In this document: positions 8,649 through 18,991 of the stretch, piece by piece | How the letters are laid out: each line of letters begins with the position of its first letter | How positions within the stretch are numbered: position 1 is the stretch's first letter | Virus record (IMG/VR): IMGVR_UViG_3300005921_000006 | Span: 1-64,000 of that record | DNA length: 64,000 bases | Strand: one strand, 5' to 3' | Origin: a virus | The notes under the pieces: model-generated | Seen by the model: the letters and a program-made list of their open reading frames with translations, nothing else | The model's database searches: none | What the model was told of the DNA's origin: nothing | Made by a program: the position numbers and the translations under genes

Positions 8649-9376
8649 CTTCCAATTGCCGCCAGGTCGGCGGATAACTGTGCGGTTGCTACCGGCCCCG
8701 TCCAGTTGGGGCTAATTAGCGCGTGCGCTTCGTCGAAGTAGAGCATAAAAAACGCCCAGGTCATTTTCTGTAAAGCACCCCAAGTTACGCACGTCAAATA
8801 GTTGCTGTCGTAAGCGACTACCGCTACGCAATGTCCACCCCAGCTGTTCGGGGCAGAGTTGCCCGTAGCACCGTCACCTACTACGTCCCATACGCCACCC
8901 ACCTGTGATTGCGCCGAAAGCGGCAGGTTAACGCCCGTATTCAGCCCGCCGAACAGGTAAATGCCTTGTTGTACGCGGAGCTGAGTAAGGTTAACCTCCG
9001 CGTGGGCTGCGATGCCGTAACCGCCCAGCCCGTACTCTTGCCAGTCCTGGCAAACGGTTAAAATATCGCCGCCCTGGTCCGTGCTAGGATCGCCGTTCAC
9101 GTAGCCGTCCCAGGCTTCGTAAGCCGCGAGAATAGCGGAGTCCGGCACGGTTACTTCGCTCCCTCCGTTCGCAGTCCAGGCTTGTATTAAGTGCCCCGGC
9201 CCCGCTATTGTGCAATCGCCGAGCGAGTCGTTCAGCATCATGCCCCAGCTGGTAATTCCCGCCGTATAATCTACGGCGGGAGGAGCGGGGTCTAGAGTGG
9301 TTAAGAAGGAGTGCATTGCCGCCGCCCGCAGGCGGGACAACCCATTCCGGCGTACGGGGCGGCGTCCGAGCTTCAT
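8645..9376 (-). CDS. Papain-like (C1-type) cysteine peptidase
   Basis: 'GMMLNDSLGDCTIAG' and 'WGGHCVAVVAYD...VTWG'. Confidence 0.75.
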   Translation of the reverse strand: MKLGRRPVRRNGLSRLRAAAMHSFLTTLDPAPPAVDYTAGITSWGMMLNDSLGDCTIAGPGHLIQAWTANGGSEVTVPDSAILAAYEAWDGYVNGDPSTDQGGDILTVCQDWQEYGLGGYGIAAHAEVNLTQLRVQQGIYLFGGLNTGVNLPLSAQSQVGGVWDVVGDGATGNSAPNSWGGHCVAVVAYDSNYLTCVTWGALQKMTWAFFMLYFDEAHALISPNWTGPVATAQLSADLAAIGS

Positions 9377-9957
9377 ATTTCGTAAACCTTCCCGAACACC
9401 GCCGCCGCCTTGTTAAAAGTGGCTTTAAAGCCGCTGGCCTTGCTCTTAAAAATTTCGTACAACTTCAGTTTCTTTTCGTCGCTCGTGCCCGGAGCTATTG
9501 CCGGGGCCAGGTTGGTAATGGCCGTCAGCATGTCCGTAATCGCCGCGAACACCGCCGCTACCTTGGCCTGCGTTGCCGGGTCGGTAATATGCACCGCCGC
9601 CAGCAGCGTAGTAAGACTGCCCGAGGTAGTGTTGACGATGGCTACGATCTGGTTTAAGATTCCCGGCTGGGCCGAGGCAAGTGCCGACTGGTAAGCGGCG
9701 ATCAGGCCCTTTAGCGTAACCAGGTCGGTCTGCGCCTGCGCTTCCCATTGGTTAAAACTGGTCATTACCGACTCGCTTACGCCTACGCCGAAAGCCGCGA
9801 GAATGGCAATAGCCGCCTGAATCGCCGGACCCAGCAGAGCCAGGATAGAGGAAGCCTGCGCTTCCCAGTCGCCGCACCCCGCCATAAGCCAGCAAAGGTC
9901 CAGCACGAAGAAAACTGCAATCAGTTTCCAAAACGTTCGAGCGTGAAAATATTTCAT
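9373..9957 (-). CDS. Putative lipoprotein
   Basis: Hydrophobic N-terminus ending in lipobox-like MAGC; amphipathic helices. Confidence 0.65.
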   Translation of the reverse strand: MKYFHARTFWKLIAVFFVLDLCWLMAGCGDWEAQASSILALLGPAIQAAIAILAAFGVGVSESVMTSFNQWEAQAQTDLVTLKGLIAAYQSALASAQPGILNQIVAIVNTTSGSLTTLLAAVHITDPATQAKVAAVFAAITDMLTAITNLAPAIAPGTSDEKKLKLYEIFKSKASGFKATFNKAAAVFGKVYEI

Positions 9958-9960
9958 AGT

Positions 9961-10845
9961 TTATGCTCCTAGTCTTACGCCGTAAAACATCGCCGCAAAC
10001 TGTTCTATCGCCGTCTGTTCATCGTGGTCATTCCAAGTGACTTGGCAGATATAAGGAACCGTTGCGGGCGTGACCGCGATCTGATCCAAGAAGTAGTTCC
10101 CTGCCTGGTGGTCAATATCGGTAGTTGCATCGCCCGTGCCCCACACGTCCAGTGAGTAATTCCGTGTCCCGGTGAATTGCGGGGCCATCACGCCAGCAGG
10201 AAGTGGCACGCCGCCGTTGTTGAAGCCAAGGCAGACACCCGCAAACTTCATCGTTGGTTTGGCATTGTCGGCCTTCAGGATGGCAATCAGGTCGGTGTCG
10301 CTGTTCGCTTGCGCGGGAGGGTTAGGCCAAGAGTAGCCCGTGTGCCACGACAGAATCGGGTTGTTCGGAAACGCAGCCTGTACCGTCGCCACATCCACGC
10401 CCGCCGAATTCGCCAGATCGAATTCGAGGATATCGCCGCCGGGGACGTAGCAGGGGGACGCGAGAATCTGCTGGTAGCTGGGTGATTGCAGCGCCGTAAT
10501 GACAGCCTGTGTGGGGTTCGGCTGCCCCTTGGCGATCCACTGATCCAGCACGAAGGCAAAGAGCATATCCCGCTCCATGCACTCTTCCCAGATCATTATA
10601 GTGGCCTCTTGCAGCACAGGGTTTACGGTCGGACCTTGCACCGTCAAGCATACACCGTCGAAACCCATCTGCTGCATCAAGGAGAGTTGATTCGACACAA
10701 CCGTAAGATTATTGGATTGATAACGACTGACGCGGTGAACCTTTTCAACCCCGCCGCTTGTCTCTCCAAACCACGCTACCATGTGGGCCATCAGCTTGCC
10801 ACTCCAGCCCGGTATCAAGTTCTGAATTGTTGTTTTAAAGTTCAC
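9961..10845 (-). CDS. Glycoside hydrolase-like TIM barrel (GH71/GH99-like)
   Basis: 'AHMVAWF', 'QLSLMQQMGFDG', 'VTWNDHDEQTAIE'. Confidence 0.7.
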   Translation of the reverse strand: MNFKTTIQNLIPGWSGKLMAHMVAWFGETSGGVEKVHRVSRYQSNNLTVVSNQLSLMQQMGFDGVCLTVQGPTVNPVLQEATIMIWEECMERDMLFAFVLDQWIAKGQPNPTQAVITALQSPSYQQILASPCYVPGGDILEFDLANSAGVDVATVQAAFPNNPILSWHTGYSWPNPPAQANSDTDLIAILKADNAKPTMKFAGVCLGFNNGGVPLPAGVMAPQFTGTRNYSLDVWGTGDATTDIDHQAGNYFLDQIAVTPATVPYICQVTWNDHDEQTAIEQFAAMFYGVRLGA

Positions 10846-11033
10846 TTGTCCTCCCTTTCCCGAACGCCCACTGTGCAAATCCGCCGGAAAGTACGGATAA
10901 GGCTCCTAGAATATACTGCAATCCGAAGCTGGTTTTTTCCTCTACGTGACCCAGGGCAATAACTCCCGCGAGCGCCGCTAACAACACCAGCAGCAAGAAG
11001 CCGAAGATCATGCGCGGTTCTTTAAGACCCATA
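10835..11033 (-). CDS. Small 2-TM membrane protein (holin candidate)
   Basis: Two hydrophobic segments. Confidence 0.55.
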
Positions 11034-11201
11034 GTATCCGAGATAAACGACGCTGCCGATAACCGGCCAAGTGTTCGGGTACACGCCATAGGCCGCGTAG
11101 AACGCCGCCCATGCGGTATTCAGAGCGGCCACGGTGTCAGCGCCGGAAGAAATTCCGGTCAGGTCTACGAACGACTGAAATTTATTTGGCGGTCCCGGCA
11201 T
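11022..11201 (-). CDS. Small hypothetical protein (MPGPPNKFQ...)
   Basis: 59-aa ORF translated by hand; fills the gap; AGGAG upstream. Confidence 0.5.
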   Translation of the reverse strand: MPGPPNKFQSFVDLTGISSGADTVAALNTAWAAFYAAYGVYPNTWPVIGSVVYLGYYGS

Positions 11202-11739
11202 TAGCTATTCTCCTGTACTGAAAATTATTGTGCACATCCTTAAACCAAAACCCACACTCTTTACGCACGATGCTCTTGCAAGTTCCTCGCTCTTCCCAAA
11301 CAGCATAGTCGGCTATATACCCAACCCCCTGAGTAAGAATAGCAACTGTATCAACTCCACTCTTAACATCATCCAGACAGGGACGAAACGTATCTCCGTT
11401 TGGTTCTTCATCGCTCTTAAATGCGAAGTCCCCATTATCCAATTGCTCAATAATGGCTACATGGTTTTCGTGGACTACAGTAATTTTGGGAATGCGGTAC
11501 GCACCGTAAGTGAGGCCGGCACAGCAACAGCAGGCAAAGCATAGTGCTCCCCACCGCGCCCCACCCAAACGACTATTCTTTTCTTTCCGCTTCAATCTTT
11601 TGAAGCCACTTGCGAAGTTTGTACAGTTCTGACTCAGATTCGTTCTGCTTCTTTTCCACAACTTCAACACGACCAATAAGGCGTAGTAGCATCCAACAAG
11701 CCAGCCCAAGTACCCAACCAGTTGTGCCAGGCGACCCAT
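11182..11739 (-). CDS. Membrane protein, hypothetical
   Basis: Two TM-like segments; Cys-rich. Confidence 0.55.
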   Translation of the reverse strand: MGRLAQLVGYLGWLVGCYYALLVVLKLWKRSRTNLSQNCTNFASGFKRLKRKEKNSRLGGARWGALCFACCCCAGLTYGAYRIPKITVVHENHVAIIEQLDNGDFAFKSDEEPNGDTFRPCLDDVKSGVDTVAILTQGVGYIADYAVWEERGTCKSIVRKECGFWFKDVHNNFQYRRIANAGTAK

Positions 11740-11900
11740 TCATGTCCCTCCCCCGTGCTTTTTAGATTCCGCACTAGCCCCCGGCTTCCCTTCCGAGCGC
11801 TTCCCGTAACTGCCGCAACTTCACCGTGATTCGTTCGCGCCAAAATTCATCATCCGTATCAGCCAGCATCTGTTCCAGGAATTTAATTTCCTTCTCCACC

Positions 11901-12134
11901 TCACTTTTGGGCGTCTCGCTCATCCTGTCTGCCCTGCGCCACCGCCGTTTTTAGCAGCTCCGTCATACGCCCGTTAATTTCCACCTTGACCGTGTGCAGC
12001 TCCTGCTTTGTTTCTCCGTGCATCGCCTTGGCGTCCCTCCGCCCTAGCGCGGCGGTTACCAAAGCCCCCAGCCCAACCAGCGTAGGCGGAAGCGTGGTTA
12101 CACAGGCTACGATAATAATAGTCCTATCCGTCAC
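11901..12134 (-). CDS. Small TM + coiled-coil protein (lysis-module type)
   Basis: N-terminal TM then 'VEINGRMTELL'. Confidence 0.65.
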   Translation of the reverse strand: MTDRTIIIVACVTTLPPTLVGLGALVTAALGRRDAKAMHGETKQELHTVKVEINGRMTELLKTAVAQGRQDERDAQK

Positions 12135-12289
12135 TTCAATCCGACCAGCTTTGGTACACTCTCCAGCAGAAAAGCCAGCAGCCCACAGGCATAGGCCAGC
12201 CGTCCGATTTCCTGGAGCTTCGGGTTAACGCACAATGCATACATTAACAAACCTACGACGGCTACCAGCAAACTTAAATAGATAATCAT
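12131..12289 (-). CDS. 52-aa 2-TM protein (holin candidate)
   Basis: MIIYLSLLVAVVGLLMYALC...LAYACGLLAFLL; AAGGAGG RBS; translated by hand. Confidence 0.6.
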   Translation of the reverse strand: MIIYLSLLVAVVGLLMYALCVNPKLQEIGRLAYACGLLAFLLESVPKLVGLK

Positions 12290-12771
12290 TTCGCCTCCTT
12301 CGGTACGGTTGTAGTGGTGGTTTGCAGCTGAGTTACTTCCGTAGTCTGCCTCACAACCTGCGCCTCCACCACGGCAGCTTGTGGTAGCGGACCTGGCATT
12401 TGTGGAAGCACTTGATTGATAAGCGGAATCTTACTTACGGCCATGTCCATAATGGAATCCAGTGTATGCCCGAATACCGCTGCAATCGGGGGTACCTGTG
12501 TCACCAGCTGCACGGCGGACCCGTAACCTTCCCACCCCAACGCAGCTAGTAGTCGGTCCGCCATGCCGGGGGTGAACATAATCCAGAACACCATTGACTC
12601 CAGGAATGCCCTTACAATCAAAGGCACCCAGGCTCTTTGCAAGTAGTTGAGGTAGCCCGTCGCCACAGGGTTAGGAGGGTTAATGCCGTAGTAGGCACGC
12701 TTGAGCCAGTAAGTGCCCATGCCTAACAGATACCAAAGCCAGAGCCAGACGATGTGCCAGTTCATAAACAC
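12286..12771 (-). CDS. Membrane protein
   Basis: Several Trp-rich hydrophobic segments. Confidence 0.65.
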   Translation of the reverse strand: MFMNWHIVWLWLWYLLGMGTYWLKRAYYGINPPNPVATGYLNYLQRAWVPLIVRAFLESMVFWIMFTPGMADRLLAALGWEGYGSAVQLVTQVPPIAAVFGHTLDSIMDMAVSKIPLINQVLPQMPGPLPQAAVVEAQVVRQTTEVTQLQTTTTTVPKEAK

Positions 12772-12774
12772 CCC

Positions 12775-13548
12775 CTAGTTCGGATTCCCGTACAGCACCG
12801 CTCCCCACGTTTGTGAGTTCGAGCTTGCCGCGAACACCGTAACCGTAGTGCCGGAAACGCTACAAGCTCCCGCCAGTGCGGTAGCGCCTTGCACCTGAAC
12901 TTGACAAATGGGCGTAACGTTAAACGCCGCCGCGAGGGTAAACGTACAGCTGGACGCGCCACTCATTGTGCAGGTTCCCAGCTTAATTACGCTTCCCCCC
13001 AATCCGCACACTAGCTGACCCAGCGTGTTAATGCCTAGGACGACGCTACCCGTGGAACACGAAGAAGCGTACACTCCGCCCGGTAGCAAGGTAGACGGTA
13101 GAGGCAGATTAATGAGCAGCACGGCGCTGGGGGAGGTGGGAACGTAAGTGTCGAAGTTGCAGACCCCCGCCGTACACCAGGAGCTATTCGTTTGCGGGTA
13201 GACGCACTGATAGCCCGAGTTCGACCCGCCCAAAACCTTTTGGCCAGAAGAATTAAACACCGTAACCTGGAAACAAATGTTTTGCGGTTGGGTAAGTAGA
13301 ACGTTAGCGACCAGGCAGGTGTTAGCGATAGCACCGTTGAGTACAGGGCACACCGTGGGCGCGAGTATCTGCTGCCCCCCACCGCCGGCCTGATAACTCA
13401 GCGACTGCTGGTTGGTACCTACGGCCTGGAACACAATCTGTCCGGCAGGGAGTTTGGTAGTGCCCTGGGCAATATTCGACGCCGTAACGGAAACAAAATT
13501 CTGCGCCCAGGCGGAACCGAGAAGCAACAGCCAGAGAAATTTTCGCAT
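12775..13548 (-). CDS. Signal-peptide, Cys-rich beta protein (fibre/adhesin-like)
   Basis: MRKFLWLLLLGSAWA|Q; N-domain paralogous to 15534..17210, C-domain paralogous to 18991..19596. Confidence 0.8.
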   Translation of the reverse strand: MRKFLWLLLLGSAWAQNFVSVTASNIAQGTTKLPAGQIVFQAVGTNQQSLSYQAGGGGQQILAPTVCPVLNGAIANTCLVANVLLTQPQNICFQVTVFNSSGQKVLGGSNSGYQCVYPQTNSSWCTAGVCNFDTYVPTSPSAVLLINLPLPSTLLPGGVYASSCSTGSVVLGINTLGQLVCGLGGSVIKLGTCTMSGASSCTFTLAAAFNVTPICQVQVQGATALAGACSVSGTTVTVFAASSNSQTWGAVLYGNPN

Positions 13549-13551
13549 ACC

Positions 13552-15537
13552 TTATTGCGCCTGCGCCAGTCTGGGCATAATGCCGATCTGCATACTGTGC
13601 CCGGTAATGGTTACCTTCGGATTACCGTAAAGATCGAGATACGACAAATAACTGCTACCCACGGTGTGGGTGGAGAATGTGCACCCTGTCACGGGCGTGC
13701 CGTAACAGTACTGCACCGAGTCCCAAATCATCGCCGCCGCTACGCTATTCGGCAGCGTCAACGTACAGGTGTGTACTGTACCGGACACCGAACAAGTGCC
13801 GGGAACCGATCCAACCATCCAGTTATAAAGCTGCCCGTAAGCCACGTTCGCCGTCGTCGAGCCCATACCGTTGTACGTGGTACTCCAGTTATACCAGGCA
13901 TCGTTGCTCCAACCGTTAAAGAAAAACTCGATGTAATCACGAGCAATGTACCCAGCCTGCATATCGGGGTCCGTGTAACAGTCGGTCATGCCGGGGCAGC
14001 TCCATCCCCCCGAACCGAACCCATCCTCCGTATTATCCAGCGGCTTCGCCAGTTCCGCACTTTGTAAAATACCGTTAATTGCCTCCGTCGCCGTAGGCAC
14101 TACGGTTTCCGCCCCGCTCACGCCGGGTTTAACGTGAAAGTTAATTCCATCCGCCTGGGCCGCGCCCGCCGTTCCGCTTACGCAACTAGTAGCACCTAGC
14201 TGCCCCGAAGGGCCGCAAGTTCCTGCCGAAAGCGGCTGGCAGTAAAGAAAACATTTTGCTAACAAAGTAGTATCGTCATGATAGCTGGGCATTAGAATGG
14301 ACGCCGTGGTGTCAATAGGCCCGCTCAATCCCACGCTCGTCTGCACCTGGGAGCAAGTTTCGCCCGTTGCCGCAATCGTAAACGATCCGCCCTTTACGAT
14401 GCAGTACAAGTCCTGCTCCATGCGGATTAGCTGGTCGAAGCTGCCAATCCAGAAGTTCGTGCTATCCGGTTCGTTCCACGTCTCCCAATACGCCACGTGC
14501 GCGTGAGTACAGTTTACCGTTCCAGGGCAGTTCGCGCCGCCCGCCGCCCACGTACCCGTACCGGCGATGTAGCCCGCCTGATTTACGTGCCCGGCAATCG
14601 CCGCTATCCAGTGACGCCAGATAGAATCCGTACCGCTGCCGTTCGTAGCTACGTCGGTAGGCGGAGCACACTGTCCCGGCAGCTGTTGTGGCTGAATACT
14701 GCCGTTAGTAAAGCTGCTGCAAATATCCTGGGGCACGGCAGAGGGCGTAAAGATCGCCCCACTCGTTTGCCCCACCCAGGTTCCGCCCGCTGTCGCTGTA
14801 CCCATGTACTGCGCAATATTCAATACGCCGGAAGAGTAGCTTACGAACGTAGTAGAAACGCCCGAACCGGTCTGTAGTACCGTCTCGCTCGCCGTAAACG
14901 TTCCGCTTGTCAGCGTACCGTCCACGTACAGGTTCGTGTTGCTGCTGGCCCAGTTCGGAGTCCGCGCTAACCCGTATTGCGCAGTGTGGACGCTATTTTG
15001 CGTCATCAGGTTTAAAATCTCGTCCAGTTGCGTCCAGTTGTAGACGCCGAAAGCCGTATTGAGCCAGGGCCACTGTGCACCGACCGTATCCCAAATGCGT
15101 CCTTGGCCGTGATTAATCCCGACAGGGAAAGCCGTGCTCTGGTTGTAAGCAATCGCGAACGTTGGAGACGCGGGAATTGCCCCGCTACCAGAACCCGTAA
15201 ACACGGCGGTTAGGCTGGCCGTAGCCGTAATATTAAACGTGCAAGACCCAGTACCCGAACAGCCGCTGGCTCCGTCCGTTCCCGAGGACCACGCGAATCC
15301 ACTCCCTCCGGTAATCGTGGGGGTTAACGTAATCAATGCCCCTACTACGTACGTATGATTGCAGGTTCCGCCCGAAGAACTACAGTTAGAAATATAACCG
15401 TCCGCCGAACTGATGGACCCAGTGCCCGTGCCCGTGGGGGTTACCGTCAACACGGCGGTAGTCGTGGAGGTAGGAGACCCAAACGTAACTTGGGCTACCG
15501 CCGAACCGCACAACAACAAAAACAATAGCAATCTCAT
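13552..15537 (-). CDS. Signal-peptide clan GH-A glycoside hydrolase-like protein (GH39-like) with N-terminal InlB-B-repeat-like domain
   Basis: 'YNWTQLD', 'YWETWNEPD', 'PLDNTE', 'WYNW'. Confidence 0.75.
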   Translation of the reverse strand: MRLLLFLLLCGSAVAQVTFGSPTSTTTAVLTVTPTGTGTGSISSADGYISNCSSSGGTCNHTYVVGALITLTPTITGGSGFAWSSGTDGASGCSGTGSCTFNITATASLTAVFTGSGSGAIPASPTFAIAYNQSTAFPVGINHGQGRIWDTVGAQWPWLNTAFGVYNWTQLDEILNLMTQNSVHTAQYGLARTPNWASSNTNLYVDGTLTSGTFTASETVLQTGSGVSTTFVSYSSGVLNIAQYMGTATAGGTWVGQTSGAIFTPSAVPQDICSSFTNGSIQPQQLPGQCAPPTDVATNGSGTDSIWRHWIAAIAGHVNQAGYIAGTGTWAAGGANCPGTVNCTHAHVAYWETWNEPDSTNFWIGSFDQLIRMEQDLYCIVKGGSFTIAATGETCSQVQTSVGLSGPIDTTASILMPSYHDDTTLLAKCFLYCQPLSAGTCGPSGQLGATSCVSGTAGAAQADGINFHVKPGVSGAETVVPTATEAINGILQSAELAKPLDNTEDGFGSGGWSCPGMTDCYTDPDMQAGYIARDYIEFFFNGWSNDAWYNWSTTYNGMGSTTANVAYGQLYNWMVGSVPGTCSVSGTVHTCTLTLPNSVAAAMIWDSVQYCYGTPVTGCTFSTHTVGSSYLSYLDLYGNPKVTITGHSMQIGIMPRLAQAQ

Positions 15538-17210
15538 TGCAGCCTCAGTAGAGAAAAGTGGACATCGTATGTTCCGGTTCCCGTCGTACATGCCGTGTAG
15601 GCAGCGGATACGTCAATCGTAGCCGTGGCGGTATTCCAAAATGTATACACCGCGTTGGCATTCGAGGTGCCTGTTGTTGTGAAACTCAACGTTATAAGCG
15701 GATGAGTAACCGAGCCTTGGGAATCCGCATAGATTACTTTTGGAATTACGCTTCCCGCCGTCACGTTCGAGCACAGCGTGGGAACTTCGTTCGTGTACAG
15801 ACTTAACTGATACTGCCCGGTGGGAGCGTTCGTGTAAATTGCCGTGCTCCCGATGTTTCCCGTCTGCCCTGTCTGGTTCACCGATCCGACAACCAGCGGG
15901 ATCGCCCCAGTAAAAGTAGCGGAAGCCGTTCCCGCTACGGTGTCGCTATTTACAACGAAGTCGGAAAACGGGTTTCCATTGTAACTCAACTGGTAGCGGT
16001 TGTCACTGCCGTAACCCGTCTTTATCCACCCCGCCTGCGGGGAAGCTTGAATATAAGGAGTGGTTGTGCCCGATTGCATTGCGAATAGATCGCCGGTAGT
16101 CAGCTGGAGAGTAAGCGAGATGCCCGTGGCATTTTGAATATTCGGCGTGTTGAATATAGGCGAGTTGACTAGCGCAATAGCGCCCGTACCGCTCGTCCCG
16201 TTCGACAGGTTTCCCGCGTTGTCGAGATTCGTTAGAGCGCATTCGCTGAATTGCCCGTCCCAGTAGCACACGTGAGCGTTTCCATTTAGACTATTATTCA
16301 AAAGCCACGCGCTACCCGGTGGCAGCGTAGGACCGGGGTTGACGAATACGTTACCCAGCACCAACGAAGAAGTTGCTCCGCTTACCTGGAATAGCTGCTG
16401 CGTATTGCTGCCGTACGTATTATTCTGATTCGGGCATACCACCGTCGTGCAATTGGCGTAACCCTGCGCCTTTACCCACTGGCTGTTCACGATTAGTCCA
16501 GAATTATTACCCAGCGACGGCGTAGGCACCATAGGGGTGCCAGAAAACGTAGGGCTAACGAGAGGGGCCAGCGCGGTAAGCGCCGACTCTAAATCCGTTT
16601 GGTTCGCCAGCGTACCCGTAATCGCACCCCACACCGCGCCACCCCCGCCCGAGGCCGTAACACACTGCGCTACCCCCAGCGTGTTGTAACCGCCTACGGC
16701 GTACCCCGAGGGACACGTACTAGCGTAAATACCGCCCAGCGAATTGGCCTGGGGAGGGGGAAGGTACAGCACCAACACGGCGTTCGGAATCGTCGGATAG
16801 TAACTGTCGAAATCGCAAATAGAATTGGAGCACCAGGAGCTATATGCCACCGGCTGTACGCACTGATAAGGGCTACCCGGCCCGCCTAAGACTATGACGT
16901 TGGAACTATTCAGAATCGTTACCGCGAAACAAAAATTTTGCGGGCTGGCTACTGACACGTTCGCTACCGTGCAGGTGCCGTTAACTGCGCCGTTGGTAAT
17001 CGAGCATATCGTGGGGGAAGTGTAACTCGGCCCGGTAGCACCCAGCTGGTAAGAGATATTTTGTCCCGAGGAGTTTACGGCTTGAAACAAGATCGTACCC
17101 GCCGACAGCAGCCCGCTGGAGCCATTATGAATATTGGCGGCGGTTACGGTGACGGTGTTCTGGGAGAAAGCCGAAGCCGCAAAAAGTAGGAATAAAAGCA
17201 GTTTTCTCAT
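15534..17210 (-). CDS. Signal-peptide tail-fibre-like protein
   Basis: MRKLLLFLLFAASAFS|Q; fibre motifs 'WGAITGTLANQTDL', 'APLVSPTFSGTPMVPT'. Confidence 0.75.
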   Translation of the reverse strand: MRKLLLFLLFAASAFSQNTVTVTAANIHNGSSGLLSAGTILFQAVNSSGQNISYQLGATGPSYTSPTICSITNGAVNGTCTVANVSVASPQNFCFAVTILNSSNVIVLGGPGSPYQCVQPVAYSSWCSNSICDFDSYYPTIPNAVLVLYLPPPQANSLGGIYASTCPSGYAVGGYNTLGVAQCVTASGGGGAVWGAITGTLANQTDLESALTALAPLVSPTFSGTPMVPTPSLGNNSGLIVNSQWVKAQGYANCTTVVCPNQNNTYGSNTQQLFQVSGATSSLVLGNVFVNPGPTLPPGSAWLLNNSLNGNAHVCYWDGQFSECALTNLDNAGNLSNGTSGTGAIALVNSPIFNTPNIQNATGISLTLQLTTGDLFAMQSGTTTPYIQASPQAGWIKTGYGSDNRYQLSYNGNPFSDFVVNSDTVAGTASATFTGAIPLVVGSVNQTGQTGNIGSTAIYTNAPTGQYQLSLYTNEVPTLCSNVTAGSVIPKVIYADSQGSVTHPLITLSFTTTGTSNANAVYTFWNTATATIDVSAAYTACTTGTGTYDVHFSLLRLQ

Positions 17211-17527
17211 CGTACGCTCCTGTAGTGCTTCGCGCTCCAGGCGGCTCCAAAGCCGTGGCCTGCAATTTCGCCGAGCGTTAAAATCAGGCTCATTTTCTTG
17301 TGTCCTCGAATTTTCAGCTTCCTCTCAGCATACAGACTACCGGCCAGGTCTCCCGCGAAAAACGCGGAGAGTAGAACTGGGCCCCGAAGCACAAAAGGCC
17401 GCGCCACCGGGTCGTGCTCAACCGCCGTAGGAAAGCTCACGGTGTACTGCGTAGTCAAGGCATCCGCCCCCGTAGTGGCAACCTGTAGAGCACACAACCA
17501 TAGTGAACAATGAAGAACCGCTATCAT
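17207..17527 (-). CDS. Small membrane protein
   Basis: ATG at 17527; 'ADALTT...EHDPVARPFV'; hydrophobic. Confidence 0.6.
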   Translation of the reverse strand: MIAVLHCSLWLCALQVATTGADALTTQYTVSFPTAVEHDPVARPFVLRGPVLLSAFFAGDLAGSLYAERKLKIRGHKKMSLILTLGEIAGHGFGAAWSAKHYRSVR

Positions 17528-18132
17528 TTTCCGATAGCGAACCACTGCACTATGGCGGAGCCGGGTTCGTTGGTTACCAACATCTCCCAGCTGAAGCCTG
17601 TTGTGCTGGAAGTGGTCAACCCTAGAAAAGCTTCTACATCCGTAGGTGATAGGAAGCTGCCAGTAAAAGCTGTCAATTGAATGACAGGATTGAGCGTAAA
17701 AGCTTCCGTGAACGTAACCGCATTTGCCGCGTTTACCGGCCCGGAGGATTGCCCCCACTGTAGAATTAAACCTCCCAGCGCCGAGCCGAACTTTATATAG
17801 CCCGTATTTGCGGCGAACGAAGAGGCTACAATTAAGTCCGCGCCCGTAAGAACGTTATTGAGTACCGCTTCTAAAGCGGTTACCGCTGCATTAGAACTAG
17901 TATCAGCTACAAACGGAGTAGTACCGTCTGAAGTGTTGTAGCCTTTCCCTGACAACGATAAACAAAAAGCTCGAACAAATGTACTCGGTTGATAGAAAAG
18001 TTTGTTTGCCGTAGCACTGGGAAACACCGAGCCAGAAGGAGCGCCGCCTGTACGTTGAGTATCCGCCTGGTACGAAGCATCATCCTCTTGATTAGTTGCA
18101 GCAGGATTCCATTGACTGAAGTTTGTCGTCAT
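17524..18132 (-). CDS. Short tail fibre protein with gp53-like C-terminal domain
   Basis: 'SATANKLFYQ' N-terminus; 'GYIKF...GGLILQWG...VTFTEAF...WFAIG'. Confidence 0.8.
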   Translation of the reverse strand: MTTNFSQWNPAATNQEDDASYQADTQRTGGAPSGSVFPSATANKLFYQPSTFVRAFCLSLSGKGYNTSDGTTPFVADTSSNAAVTALEAVLNNVLTGADLIVASSFAANTGYIKFGSALGGLILQWGQSSGPVNAANAVTFTEAFTLNPVIQLTAFTGSFLSPTDVEAFLGLTTSSTTGFSWEMLVTNEPGSAIVQWFAIGK

Positions 18133-18136
18133 AGAG

Positions 18137-18991
18137 TTAGTTCCACTCTCCAATATCAAAACCCTGGACGAACACAGGGTTAGTATTATCGAATCCGAAG
18201 CTAGGCGTGGTAGAGTAGTTCGACGTATACGCCACGGCCTCAGGGCGGGGGATGATCAGGTCGTTAGCAATCATCTGCTGCTGAATTGAGCTGAAGTTCC
18301 CGACCAGCTTAATCGTACAGGTCATATTCTGGTTGTCGGTGATGTAGATGTAGCAACCGGGGAATAGCGTTTGCAACGGGAACCAAAGCGAATCTGCCTG
18401 CCCGTCCCACTGGTTCCAGATAATCCGTGCTCGAATCAGAGTCAAGTAATCTGCATCCGACAGGGTCGAGCTGGGAGCCGCGTTCGTTACCGACGAGTTT
18501 GTAACGTGAGTCAAGGTAAAGTTCGCCGTAAAGGAAACCCCGGTGACAATTGCAGTAGGCGTGACCGTTTCCGTATGGGAGTCCGACCCGGTTATCGTCT
18601 GCGGAACTCCTACGGACATGTAGTTCGTATTGTTGACGGTTACCGTGTGCACGCCCGTAGAAGTAATCGCCACCGTGGTCAGAGCACTTACTCCGACGGG
18701 AACGAACGGTAGCTGCCGACTGGCTCCGACTAACTGGCCGACGACATTGAGTTGATCTCCTACGGGCGCAGGAACGGCATTTACATCGTAAGCCGCGTTA
18801 ATCAACTGAGCACAAGCCAACGTGTCTAAAAACGGTTGTAGTAGCAACGCCAGGAACGCCCGCAAGTTCGGTGAGGCAGGGTTCTGATACTGACTGGTAA
18901 GCAGACCGAGGTAGTACGGCAGCGTAGGGCTAACACTTCCCCCTCCACCGTACCCGCCCGCTCCGTAACCGCCGCCGCCGTAGCCGCCCAT
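18137..18991 (-). CDS. Baseplate wedge protein (DUF2612-like)
   Basis: 'LLTSQY', 'GDQLNVVGQLVGASR', 'LSDADYLTLIRARIIWNQWDG', 'IPRPEAV'. Confidence 0.8.
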   Translation of the reverse strand: MGGYGGGGYGAGGYGGGGSVSPTLPYYLGLLTSQYQNPASPNLRAFLALLLQPFLDTLACAQLINAAYDVNAVPAPVGDQLNVVGQLVGASRQLPFVPVGVSALTTVAITSTGVHTVTVNNTNYMSVGVPQTITGSDSHTETVTPTAIVTGVSFTANFTLTHVTNSSVTNAAPSSTLSDADYLTLIRARIIWNQWDGQADSLWFPLQTLFPGCYIYITDNQNMTCTIKLVGNFSSIQQQMIANDLIIPRPEAVAYTSNYSTTPSFGFDNTNPVFVQGFDIGEWN

